Positions 1 through 7,679 of a stretch of 32,000 nt of DNA are shown here, piece after piece. This stretch comes from Kaiparowitsia implicata GSE-PSE-MK54-09C (GTDB lineage: Bacteria > Cyanobacteriota > Cyanobacteriia > Elainellales > Elainellaceae). The stretch covers positions 1-32,000 of the forward strand of contig JAHHHI010000097.1 of NCBI GenBank assembly GCA_019359435.1. Direction: 5' to 3'. Within the stretch, counting starts at the first letter, position 1. Each line of letters starts with the position of its first letter. Position numbers and translations under genes: made by a program. The notes below the pieces were generated by a model, which was not told the origin of the DNA, did no database searches, and saw nothing but the letters and a program-made list of their open reading frames with translations.

Positions 1-119
1 CGGTCAAACGGCTGTGGATAAAACTGCATCGCTTCTGGATCAGAGAGGACTTCAAGTAAATCATCCACGTCATTGGGAGTCAATTCTCGCAAAATTAACC
101 GTTTAGTTTCCAACAACAT
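1..119 (-). CDS. GNAT-family N-acetyltransferase, N-terminal fragment (gene runs off the left edge)
   Basis: The reverse complement from ATG at 119-117 reads MLLETKRLILRELTPNDVDDLLEVLSDPEAMQFYPQPFD. This matches the usual RimJ/RimL-type GNAT N-terminus (xxRLxLRxLxxxDxxxLxxxxxDPEVxxY). Only 39 codons are visible. Confidence 0.5.
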   Translation of the reverse strand, partial: MLLETKRLILRELTPNDVDDLLEVLSDPEAMQFYPQPFD

Positions 120-231
120 ATTGCGATCGCCTCGCCAATAGCTCCAAAACGCCGCCTGCACGACAGCTCTACACCACCTTAACTTCAAGCACCAACAAGT
201 AAGCTTTCGGCTGCGCCCTCACCAACTAATC

Positions 232-326
232 AGCGGCATAACGTTCCCAATCACCCGCCGCAAGTAACCTTGAATTCTCACAGATCATTTGTAAACGGTC
301 GGGTGCATTGGGGTTGTTATGCCGCT
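232..326. repeat. attC-like imperfect palindrome between the GNAT fragment and brnA
   Basis: AGCGGCATAAC (232-242) is the exact reverse complement of GTTATGCCGCT (316-326). Inside these arms is a 3-nt G.T/T.T/T.G spacer (243-245 against 313-315). Next, 246-251 pairs with 307-312, C306 is bulged, and 252-257 pairs with 300-305. The loop is about 42 nt. The outer cores are one mismatch from the attC consensus RYYYAAC / GTTRRRY. Confidence 0.45.
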
Positions 327-363
327 TCAATCTTCGTTCTCATAGGCAATCTCAACCTGTCTG

Positions 364-639
364 TTATTGATGTGCCTCCATATACGCTCGTAGCAATTGA
401 TTGATCTGTGTCTGATAGCCTCGCCCTTGAGACTTGAACCACTCCAATACATCGCTATCAATGCGGAGTGTAACTTGAGCCTTGGCTTTTGTGGTAGGTA
501 AACCTCGTCGCACTACTGCTTTAGCAAACATTTCTGGTGTAATCTCTGGACAGTCTGACAAATCAATATCCTCATCACTCATTGCGTCTAATCGTTGCCA
601 ATCAGTTTGAGAGTTGCTCGAAGTAGGTTCGTTGTTCAT
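364..639 (-). CDS. brnA: BrnA-family antitoxin (RHH/CopG-like)
   Basis: I place the start at the internal ATG at 639 (MNNEPTSSNSQTDWQRLDAMSDEDIDLSDCPEITPEMF...VTLRIDSDVLEWFKSQGRGYQTQINQLLRAYMEAHQ). The DWxRLDAMxDEDID motif and the C-terminal LRID..vLeWFK..G.GYQt.IN..LR motif are typical of BrnA. The gene lies directly downstream of brnT and overlaps it. Confidence 0.85.
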   Translation of the reverse strand: MNNEPTSSNSQTDWQRLDAMSDEDIDLSDCPEITPEMFAKAVVRRGLPTTKAKAQVTLRIDSDVLEWFKSQGRGYQTQINQLLRAYMEAHQ

Positions 640-877
640 ATTTCGTCGCTTTTCTTGCAGAAAGAATACGAGTGCAATCCTCACGTTCTGTATGGACAAC
701 GGCAATCACTCGCCCTTGCAACAAACCGAATGTGACAAAACGCTGCTCTCCATAACTGTAACGATTGTCCTCAACCGTTAAGATATCGCCGTCAAATACG
801 GCTAGAACATCAACAAAATCGATGCCGTGTTTACGAAGATTAGCAAGACGTTTTGCTTCATCCCATTCATATTCCAT
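602..877 (-). CDS. brnT: BrnT-family toxin (DUF497 ribonuclease)
   Basis: 91 aa: MEYEWDEAKRLANLRKHGIDFVDVLAVFDGD...EQRFVTFGLLQGRVIAVVHTEREDCTRILSARKATKYE. This is the canonical DUF497/BrnT pattern (F/YEWDxxKxxxNxxKHGIxF ... ISARKAT). ATG at 877. Confidence 0.9.
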   Translation of the reverse strand: MEYEWDEAKRLANLRKHGIDFVDVLAVFDGDILTVEDNRYSYGEQRFVTFGLLQGRVIAVVHTEREDCTRILSARKATKYEQRTYFEQLSN

Positions 878-890
878 AACTGAACGACAG

Positions 891-909
891 CTACAATATC
901 TAATTGTAG
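891..909. promoter_or_regulatory. Palindrome CTACAAT-N5-ATTGTAG upstream of brnT, a candidate operator/-10 region
   Basis: A perfect 7-bp inverted repeat lies 14 nt upstream of the brnT ATG. A second arm pair flanks it: ACGACA at 884-889 and TGTCGT at 918-923. On the minus strand the palindrome contains TACAAT, which resembles a -10 box. No convincing -35 was found. Confidence 0.35.
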
Positions 910-1000
910 TTACAAATTGTCGTTACAACTACTATTCCAAGTAATTTTGATTGTGATTGTCCCACAAGTCACTTTAAGCTACTGTCTCAACCGAGGGCTT

Positions 1001-1025
1001 GCGGCATAACAACTTATTATGCCGC
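1001..1025. repeat. Short hairpin with the same GCGGCATAA/TTATGCCGC core as the attC-like element
   Basis: GCGGCATAA (1001-1009) pairs with TTATGCCGC (1017-1025) across a 7-nt loop. The core decamer is the one at 233-242 / 317-326, so the brnTA module is bracketed by this motif. Confidence 0.4.
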
Positions 1026-1028
1026 CAC

Positions 1029-1106
1029 TTTCCATATAACTACCCTATAAGGGGCAGTTATACCGACGGTTTCCGTATAATTCACCCTCTGTAGGCAGTT
1101 ATACGG
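1029..1106. repeat. Two tandem 37-nt imperfect-palindrome units (TTTCCRTATAAY...GGCAGTTATACSG), with a third half-site at 1153-1163
   Basis: The units at 1029-1065 and 1070-1106 share conserved ends. Each end pair is self-complementary: TATAAC/GTTATA in unit 1 and CCGTATAA/TTATACGG in unit 2. TTCCRTATAAY starts at 1030, 1071 and 1153, giving spacings of 41 and 82 bp. The block lies between brnT and the integrase fragment. Confidence 0.5.
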
Positions 1107-1232
1107 ATATTGGCTGCATACTATTTTTGCTGGGGGTAATTAACTAGAAATCTTCCGTATAACTTCAATAAAGCCAGAGGAACGCAAGCATGTACCATTG
1201 ATCACAATGCTGTTCTCCGTACAAACGTTGCC

Positions 1233-1418
1233 ATGGCATCTACCCCTAAGCTTTTGGACCAAGTTCGCCAGGTGCTTCGGGTCAGGCATTACTCTTATGA
1301 AACCGAGAAAACTTATGTCAACTGGATCAAACGATTTATAGCGTTTCATCAGATGAGGCTACCCAGGGAAATGGGTGCGATCGCAATCGTGAAGACTAGG
1401 GCAAACAGTAACAGGTAG
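1233..1418 (+). pseudogene. Truncated tyrosine recombinase: integron-integrase-like N-terminal SAM-like domain only
   Basis: MASTPKLLDQVRQVLRVRHYSYETEKTYVNWIKRFIAFHQMRLPREMG closely parallels the IntI N-terminus as I recall it for IntI1 ([42 protein letters not shown]). After about residue 50 the similarity ends, and a stop follows at codon 62. No catalytic domain is present in any frame downstream. Confidence 0.65.
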
Positions 1419-1678
1419 GTCTTGCGTTTTAAGATCAGATGTTTTATGCTTCCAGCTACCGGAATTTGATTCCGGTGACAAGTAAAACGCGCGCTTGGGG
1501 TTTTGGGCGCTGATTAGGAGTGTTGGACGCACTCACTAACCAGCTGACCTGACTCCTGGCCAAGGCAGGAGCCAGGCTTTGATGATTATCAAGCGCCTCG
1601 CGAATGCTGACAAGTGGTTGGGTCAACCACGCCCTGAGCGCGTTTCTTCGATACATCTCATTAGCGAGGCAAAAACCC

Positions 1679-1888
1679 ATGAGTTCAGAGATTAAGGCGC
1701 TGGTGCGATCGCACCAGGGCGAGAGCAATGCGCAAATTTGGATCATCGGCACGAGAGACCAGGTGATCCATTTAATGAATGAGCTGTATGTGAAAAAGGT
1801 GGCGACGGATCGAGCGCAGTTTACGCCGATTATCCCCGCGCCGTTTATGGATGGGCAGTATATGACGGTGTTGGTGCGATCGCACTAG
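1679..1888 (+). CDS. Hypothetical small protein (69 aa)
   Basis: I chose the internal ATG at 1679 (MSSEIKALVRSHQGESNAQIWIIGTRDQVIHLMNELYVKKVATDRAQFTPIIPAPFMDGQYMTVLVRSH). The composition is host-like with HIP1 sites, and a strong hairpin follows. No family was recognised. Confidence 0.45.
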   Translation: MSSEIKALVRSHQGESNAQIWIIGTRDQVIHLMNELYVKKVATDRAQFTPIIPAPFMDGQYMTVLVRSH

Positions 1889-1931
1889 CGAATTCTAGCG
1901 ACAGCGTTGCCCACAAAGAGAGGGAGTAGGG

Positions 1932-1963
1932 AGAGGGAGTAGGGCGATCGCCCTACTCCCTCT
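1932..1963 (+). terminator. HIP1-centred perfect hairpin downstream of the 69-aa ORF
   Basis: AGAGGGAGTAGGG-CGATCG-CCCTACTCCCTCT has a 13-bp perfect stem and lies 44 nt after the stop at 1888. There is no clear U-tract. Confidence 0.45.
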
Positions 1964-2199
1964 GCATTTGCGTTGATGCAGATGACGTGTGACGCGTTCT
2001 GGGCAAGGTTAGGTCAGCGCGGTTGCCCCCTAGATCTATCCCTCAGTTGATGCATCCGAGACCAAAGCTGCGTTGCCGATGTGAGTATACTTGTACGTGG
2101 ATTGCGAAGCGCGTTGGCGTTGCCGTTTCAGAGAACGGTGCTCCCTTGCCTTTGGCATCCTAAATTGCTGCAATCAACTGTTGGGTTTCTTCCTCGATC

Positions 2200-4470
2200 A
2201 TGACTGCTCAGTTCACTTCGTCTAACCCTGTTCAGGCTTCGCTTCCTGATGCGCTCAAGCACTACTTTGGCTATGACCGCTTTCGGCTGGGGCAGCAGTC
2301 AATTATTGAGGCGGCGTTAGCCGATCAAGACGTGCTGGTGATTATGCCCACCGGGGGCGGCAAGTCCATGTGTTTTCAGCTTCCGGCGCTGCTACGCAAA
2401 GGCGTGACGATGGTGGTGTCGCCGCTGATTGCGCTGATGCAGGATCAGGTGCAGGCGCTGGTCGACAATGGCATTGGGGCTACCTTTCTCAATAGCAGCA
2501 TTACTGGGCTTGAGGCGCAGCAACGGGAATCGAGCATTCTCAATGGTGATATCAAGCTGCTGTATGTGGCGCCTGAGCGGCTGTTGAGCGATCGCTTCAC
2601 TCCTTTTCTGAATCGGCTAAAGGCGACCGTGGGGCTGGCGGGGTTTGCCATCGACGAAGCCCATTGCGTCTCGGAATGGGGCCATGATTTTCGCCCAGAA
2701 TATCGACAACTGCGGAATTTGCGGCAGCGGTTTCCCGATACGCCGGTGATGGCGCTAACGGCCACCGCCACTGAGCGGGTGCGGCAGGATATTGTGCAGC
2801 AGTTGGCGCTGCGATCGCCCGTCGTTCACGTGGCGAGCTTCAATCGCCAAAACCTCTACTACGAGGTGCGGCCCAAATCGCGCAACTCCTATAGCGAACT
2901 GCTCGACCTCATGCGCCAAACGGATGGGTCGGGCATTGTCTACTGCCTGAGCCGCAAAAAAGTAGATGAGCTGGCAGCGCGGCTGCAACAGGATGGGGTG
3001 GCGGCGCTTCCCTATCATGCGGGGTTGAGCGATCGCGCCCGCAGTGAAAACCAAACCCGCTTCATCCGCGACGATGTGCGGGTTATGGTGGCGACCATTG
3101 CCTTTGGCATGGGCATCAACAAGCCCGATGTGCGGTTTGTGGCGCATTATGACTTGCCGCGATCGCTCGAAAACTATTACCAAGAAGCAGGACGTGCCGG
3201 ACGCGACAGCGAACCCGCCCGCTGCACGCTGTTCTATGGCTATGGCGATAGCAAAACCATTGAGTTCTTGATTGCTCAAAAGGTTGATCCGGCCACGGGG
3301 GAGCCGCTAGAAGAAGAGCAGCGAATTGCGCGGCAGCAGCTGCGGCAAGTGTTGGACTATGCCGAATCGCCGCACTGTCGGCGCACGATTCAGCTAAGCT
3401 ATTTTGGCGAGCGGTTTGACGGCAACTGCGGCAACTGCGACAACTGCATCAATCCCAAACCGGTGGAAGATTGGACGGTCGAAGCGCAGAAGTTTCTCTC
3501 CTGCGTGGCGCGGTGTGAGCAGCGGTTTGGCATGAAGCACATCATCGACGTGCTGCGCGGCTCGAAGGATCGCAAGGTCTTGCAGCGGGGGCATGATCGG
3601 CTCTCGACCTATGGCATTGGCAAAGACCGCACGGCGGATGCGTGGCGCACCCTGGGGCGATCGCTCCTGCATCAGGGCCTGCTGGAGGAAACCACCGATG
3701 GCTATCCGGTGCTGCGGCTCAATGCCCAAAGCTGGGCCGTGATGAAGGGACAGCAGGCGGTGCAGGTGGCCGTTGTGCCGCAGCAGCAAGATGCGCCTGA
3801 TCTGATGAGCGATCGCGCCAAAGCCGATGTGCAGATGCTGCTTGATCTGCTGCGATCGCTCCGCAAAACCCTGGCCGATGCCGAGTCGGTGCCGCCCTAC
3901 GTGATCTTTGCCGACTCTAGCCTGCAGCTCATGGCACGGCAGCAGCCGCAGACCCTTCGAGAGTTCTCGCGCATTTCGGGGGTGGGCACCTATAAGCGCA
4001 CGAAGTACGGGCCTCGGTTTGTAGACACGATTCGCGCCTTTTGCGAAGAGCAGGGGATTCCGCTGCAAGACGATGGGGACGAAGCCGTTGAGACGAGCAG
4101 CCCCACCCCACCCTCGGGAAAAGAATCGGGCGATCGCTCTGCCCTATCCCGCTCCTATTACGCCACGCTAGAACTGCATCAGCAAGCGCTCTCCCCCGAA
4201 GAGATTGCGGCGCAGCGCGGCCTCAGCAGCCGCACCATTTATGATCACCTCGAAAAGCTGATCGAAGCTGGAGAGGCGATCGCGCTCGATCAGCTGGTTC
4301 CTCCCGAAGACCAAACCGCAATTTGGCAAGCCATTGACGCTGTGGGGGATGGGTCGCTGCGCGTGATTCGCGATCATGTGAAAGAGGCCTATGAGTATGA
4401 GCCGATCCGGCTGGTGCGCGCCGCTTGGCGCAACGAGTCGAAAATAGACAAGACCACTGATCCGTTCTAA
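2200..4470 (+). CDS. recQ: ATP-dependent DNA helicase RecQ
   Basis: 756 aa. Motif I is PTGGGKSMCFQLPA and motif II is FAIDEAHCVSEWGHDFRPEY. ALTATAT is present. The Zn-binding cluster is CRR...CGNCDNC. An HRDC-like region is present (PPYVIFADSSLQLMARQQPQTLREFSRISGVG), followed by a C-terminal HTH-like extension. Confidence 0.97.
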   Translation: MTAQFTSSNPVQASLPDALKHYFGYDRFRLGQQSIIEAALADQDVLVIMPTGGGKSMCFQLPALLRKGVTMVVSPLIALMQDQVQALVDNGIGATFLNSSITGLEAQQRESSILNGDIKLLYVAPERLLSDRFTPFLNRLKATVGLAGFAIDEAHCVSEWGHDFRPEYRQLRNLRQRFPDTPVMALTATATERVRQDIVQQLALRSPVVHVASFNRQNLYYEVRPKSRNSYSELLDLMRQTDGSGIVYCLSRKKVDELAARLQQDGVAALPYHAGLSDRARSENQTRFIRDDVRVMVATIAFGMGINKPDVRFVAHYDLPRSLENYYQEAGRAGRDSEPARCTLFYGYGDSKTIEFLIAQKVDPATGEPLEEEQRIARQQLRQVLDYAESPHCRRTIQLSYFGERFDGNCGNCDNCINPKPVEDWTVEAQKFLSCVARCEQRFGMKHIIDVLRGSKDRKVLQRGHDRLSTYGIGKDRTADAWRTLGRSLLHQGLLEETTDGYPVLRLNAQSWAVMKGQQAVQVAVVPQQQDAPDLMSDRAKADVQMLLDLLRSLRKTLADAESVPPYVIFADSSLQLMARQQPQTLREFSRISGVGTYKRTKYGPRFVDTIRAFCEEQGIPLQDDGDEAVETSSPTPPSGKESGDRSALSRSYYATLELHQQALSPEEIAAQRGLSSRTIYDHLEKLIEAGEAIALDQLVPPEDQTAIWQAIDAVGDGSLRVIRDHVKEAYEYEPIRLVRAAWRNESKIDKTTDPF

Positions 4471-4899
4471 ATTTCTACAGCAACTTGCCTACAGCAACCG
4501 CTCCACTAAAGATTGGCAGATCTGGAAGGTTGGGGATAATGAGGGCAATTCATATCTACATTCCGCAACGCCCCGTTGCTTAGCCGCGAGGAGCAATCAC
4601 CCAGTCGTTCTCGATTTCCGCTATTTGATAAATGCTGGCTCTGATCTGCAAATCTTTCTCTGCAAATCGTTTATCAGGCTAATCCTTGCCACCTCGATAA
4701 TCTAAAAAATATCGTCTGGTGTAGGGTGGTGGTCGACATGCTGAAACTCTGGCAGTTGCACGATGAAGTTGTAGGGCGGTAGATAATCTTGAACTCAACA
4801 CCAAGCTCGTTCGCACCGACGCATTGTTTGGCTGTTTGGCAATCACTTACTTTGCATCAGGAAGCGTTTGGGTTTGTCAGCGGACTAGATTTGTGGATT

Positions 4900-6675
4900 T
4901 TAAGTTGTCAAGCAAGAACCTTCAAATGTCTCAGTTGGAATCCCCTGAATAGCCCTCCAGCAGGACTCCTTCTTGCACCATTCTGTAACATTACGACCAT
5001 CAGGTGGATTTGTGATTACTTGGTGGACTTCTCTCGAAATCATTTGAATTGCTTGTTGAAGCGACGGTGTAAGGCTTTGCTGCTTCCAGATCTTATCTAG
5101 ATCTACGTCTTGCTGAGTTTTATAGCTCAAGTATGCCAAGGTATAGGTCACAATATTTGCACGATAACCGCCAAACTTCTCACTCTGGACAATCTTCTCT
5201 GCACTTTTGAACAAAATAGCTTTGGCGATGAGGCGAGTAAAGTAGGTTTCGTCTGGCTCAGGGCGGCTCTTCTCTGTCAAGCCAACTGTGAACTTGGCAA
5301 AGTTTTTTTGGGCACCTAAACTGACGATATGAGGAAGCTGATCCCAAGTGTGTTCAAATTTTGCAAGATCGGTTTTGGTAAATTTTTGAGCATTCGGATG
5401 GGTAAGCGTGAAAGCTTTTTGCTTAGCAGGGGTGGATTCACGATTCTTGGCATCAGCGTACTGTCCCCGTGCCCGTTCATAAAACCACCGAGTTTGACGC
5501 TGAGTGCCATCAACGGCAGGTGCCCAAATAGTACGCGAGAGTTCTTCAACGCGAATGTGAAATGGGTCGTTGGCGGAGAAATCAGCTTCATTGACCTTAT
5601 TTTGGTTGTTGGCGTAGCGGGAAATCAGGGGCACGATTTCATCCATACGATCGCGATCCACTACAGTCAACTTGGTTTGGACGTAAATCCCAGAAATATC
5701 TGCTTTGTCTTTGCGAACGGCTTGATAGAGAGAAGCTGTAGTCTGACCACCATTCACAATCTGGAAATCACGAATTTCGGCAATCCCTTGTCCACCGTTG
5801 GGTAAATCGACAAGTTTCACTGTCTCAGCAGTTGCAGAAATGCCATTGTTGTAGGCAAGGAAACGGTGGGGTTCTTTCAAAATCGTTTGACGAATGCCTT
5901 TATTGACATTGCCTTTTGCTTGTAGAAAGGAGCGGACGTTGCGTTCCAGTAGTCTTGAGCCATATTCAGCGTAGATTTTGCAGAGAATTTCACCGGGAAT
6001 GATGGCAACATAAGCACGGTAATCTGCTTGGGATTCTGGCATGGCAAGGCAGGGAATAACAGAATCGTACTGGGCTTGAAAATTAATTTCGATCGCCTCT
6101 CGTTTTTGTCCTGATGTGACACAGCGATAAGTTCGGCGAAGATCCCAGATGTTATAGGAATAGTTGACTCCGTTTACGTCTTGACTTTTCTTGGTTTGTA
6201 GTGTGGTTAGTCCGTCGGTGAAGAGGAATAGACGTACATGGCTAAATTGGCTGCGCTGGCTGTGAATTAACTGTGCCATATCAAAGGTCGGAGAGGCTTC
6301 TTCGATCGATTGGTGATAGCCTTTGTGGACTTTGCTCAGAAAATTAATCAGTTGCTTAAAAGCACTTTCAACCGCATCCTTACGAACAGTAGTAGGACTA
6401 AGATTCTGATTATAAATGGAGATGAATAAATCGAGCCGCCCCTCTTCTTCTTGGAGATTGTAGCCGTTGACTTTAATACCACGGGCACTGTGATAGCAAA
6501 CGTGTCCATCTTCAAGTTCACCTGCTTCGGTCAAATACTCGATCATGAGGTGGGTAAAAGCTTCCTCTCGAAAGGAACCGCCCTCTTCCTCAGTCTGATT
6601 ACCCTCCGCATCGAAGATGACTTCCTGATGAAGATTTTCGACAAATCGGCCGAGTTCCAGATCATCATTGCTCAT
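4900..6675 (-). CDS. AIPR-family protein (abortive-infection phage-resistance family)
   Basis: I take the start at ATG 6675 (MSNDDLELGRF...), which overlaps the upstream stop as ATGA. The recognised family motifs are RFLAYNNGISATAETV and DFQIVNGGQTTASL. It is the last gene of the operon. Confidence 0.85.
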   Translation of the reverse strand: MSNDDLELGRFVENLHQEVIFDAEGNQTEEEGGSFREEAFTHLMIEYLTEAGELEDGHVCYHSARGIKVNGYNLQEEEGRLDLFISIYNQNLSPTTVRKDAVESAFKQLINFLSKVHKGYHQSIEEASPTFDMAQLIHSQRSQFSHVRLFLFTDGLTTLQTKKSQDVNGVNYSYNIWDLRRTYRCVTSGQKREAIEINFQAQYDSVIPCLAMPESQADYRAYVAIIPGEILCKIYAEYGSRLLERNVRSFLQAKGNVNKGIRQTILKEPHRFLAYNNGISATAETVKLVDLPNGGQGIAEIRDFQIVNGGQTTASLYQAVRKDKADISGIYVQTKLTVVDRDRMDEIVPLISRYANNQNKVNEADFSANDPFHIRVEELSRTIWAPAVDGTQRQTRWFYERARGQYADAKNRESTPAKQKAFTLTHPNAQKFTKTDLAKFEHTWDQLPHIVSLGAQKNFAKFTVGLTEKSRPEPDETYFTRLIAKAILFKSAEKIVQSEKFGGYRANIVTYTLAYLSYKTQQDVDLDKIWKQQSLTPSLQQAIQMISREVHQVITNPPDGRNVTEWCKKESCWRAIQGIPTETFEGSCLTT

Positions 6676-7679
6676 GGCTGATCTCCTATCAGCGCAATAG
6701 CTTCTGATTCTGGAATAGAGAAGCGTTTGCACTCAGCAACGCTGATGGTATAACGCACATCTCCTACGCCGTTGCGGAGATCAGATTCAATAATTTTGGG
6801 GAAGTCTGCTCCAACTTTGAAATAGTTATGCTCTCGAATGGTGTGGCCGATATTTTCATAGCGAGTCGCATGAATATCTAGATACCCGACTTCAAATAAA
6901 AGATTTTCTAATTCGTCTCTAGCGATCGCGTTACCCGAAACAAGCGATCGCACACTCGCAACTATCTCCGGTAGAGTCTCACCTTGGACTTGTCGCACAT
7001 CTAGCGATATATGGAGCAGCACAATCACCCCTGCGCCAGTATCATCCAGTTGTCGTTCGCTGGCGATTGCTAATTTCTGATGTTGCTTTGCACTGGTCGT
7101 TTTGACCTCAACCGCACATCGAGAAAACTGAAAATCCTGCTGAGTTCCTTTTGGACCAGTCCAACATCGGAGTCCATTGAACAAACCCAGATGTGGCAAA
7201 ATCACCTGCCTCAAAAACCACAGTTCTCCGTAAAGTCCCTGTTGAGCAATCTCACTTAGCCCTTCTGGTTGATTTGCCTTCAGAAATGCTTGCCATCGCC
7301 GTAGGCGCACGACAAATTCTTCTAGTCCAGTTTCCTCGGTTGGTTTTTCAGCAACGCCTGTGATCACGTCATCAACTAGCGCAGTAAAAATGTCAGAGTA
7401 ACGGCTCTGAGTTAAAGCAAGTTGGAGGGTCACATAATCCTGGCCATCGTCCGACAATTGTACTAACTGTATTTGAAAACCTTCAGATTTCGGGTATTCC
7501 CGAATAAATTCGGTAACTGTACGTCTTACTCTCAGTAGCAATGCTCGCGTCCCTTGCGGTTCTATTACAGCAATACGCAAATCGCACAGGGAGTTTGGTC
7601 TAACTCTTCGAGTTACATAGCCAGATCTATTTTGTTGAATAGTACGCTCAAGCTCACTCCAAAGTTCAGAAATGTTCAT
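6672..7679 (-). CDS. PD-(D/E)xK-motif protein (putative nuclease)
   Basis: 335 aa. The candidate catalytic core is ...GTQQDFQFSRCAVEVKTTSAK (D...E-V-K). The gene is coupled on both sides by ATGA overlaps (7676-7679 and 6672-6675). The fold assignment rests on the motif only. Confidence 0.7.
   Translation of the reverse strand: MNISELWSELERTIQQNRSGYVTRRVRPNSLCDLRIAVIEPQGTRALLLRVRRTVTEFIREYPKSEGFQIQLVQLSDDGQDYVTLQLALTQSRYSDIFTALVDDVITGVAEKPTEETGLEEFVVRLRRWQAFLKANQPEGLSEIAQQGLYGELWFLRQVILPHLGLFNGLRCWTGPKGTQQDFQFSRCAVEVKTTSAKQHQKLAIASERQLDDTGAGVIVLLHISLDVRQVQGETLPEIVASVRSLVSGNAIARDELENLLFEVGYLDIHATRYENIGHTIREHNYFKVGADFPKIIESDLRNGVGDVRYTISVAECKRFSIPESEAIALIGDQP

Noticed and set aside
1140-1752. 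ORFs at 1140-1349 (-) and 1456-1752 (-)
   Set aside because: The first is antisense to the integrase fragment and covers the repeat array. The second overlaps the better-supported 1679-1888 (+) ORF and is Leu/Arg/Ala-rich with no motif. The 8-bp hairpin ACCGGAAT-ttg-ATTCCGGT (1458-1476) inside it is noted but unexplained.
2445-4377. Several long antisense or off-frame ORFs inside recQ (for example 2755-3279, 3394-4068 and 4168-4377 on the minus strand)
   Set aside because: They are shadow ORFs, typical of GC-rich coding DNA. They are Arg/Ala/Pro-rich with no motifs and lie entirely within a gene that has unambiguous helicase motifs.
4702-4791. Short minus-strand reading frame ending …LPPYNFIVQLPEFQHVDHHPTPDDIF*, vaguely like a Uma2 C-terminus
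   Set aside because: It is only 30 codons after an in-frame stop and the resemblance is weak, so it is not supportable as a gene remnant. The small direct repeats nearby (CTACAGCAAC x2, CTGCAAATC x2) are too short to call att sites.
6676-6732. Longer N-terminal extensions offered by the track for AIPR (to 6732), Z1 (to 10537), GHKL (TTG at 12036), brnA (to 705), Uma2 (to 20787), second flv (to 21419), lpxD (to 26606) and the PG-binding protein (to 18644)
   Set aside because: The extensions run into upstream genes or give implausible N-termini. Internal ATGs give ATGA coupling, family-typical N-termini or typical protein lengths. The true starts remain unverified.
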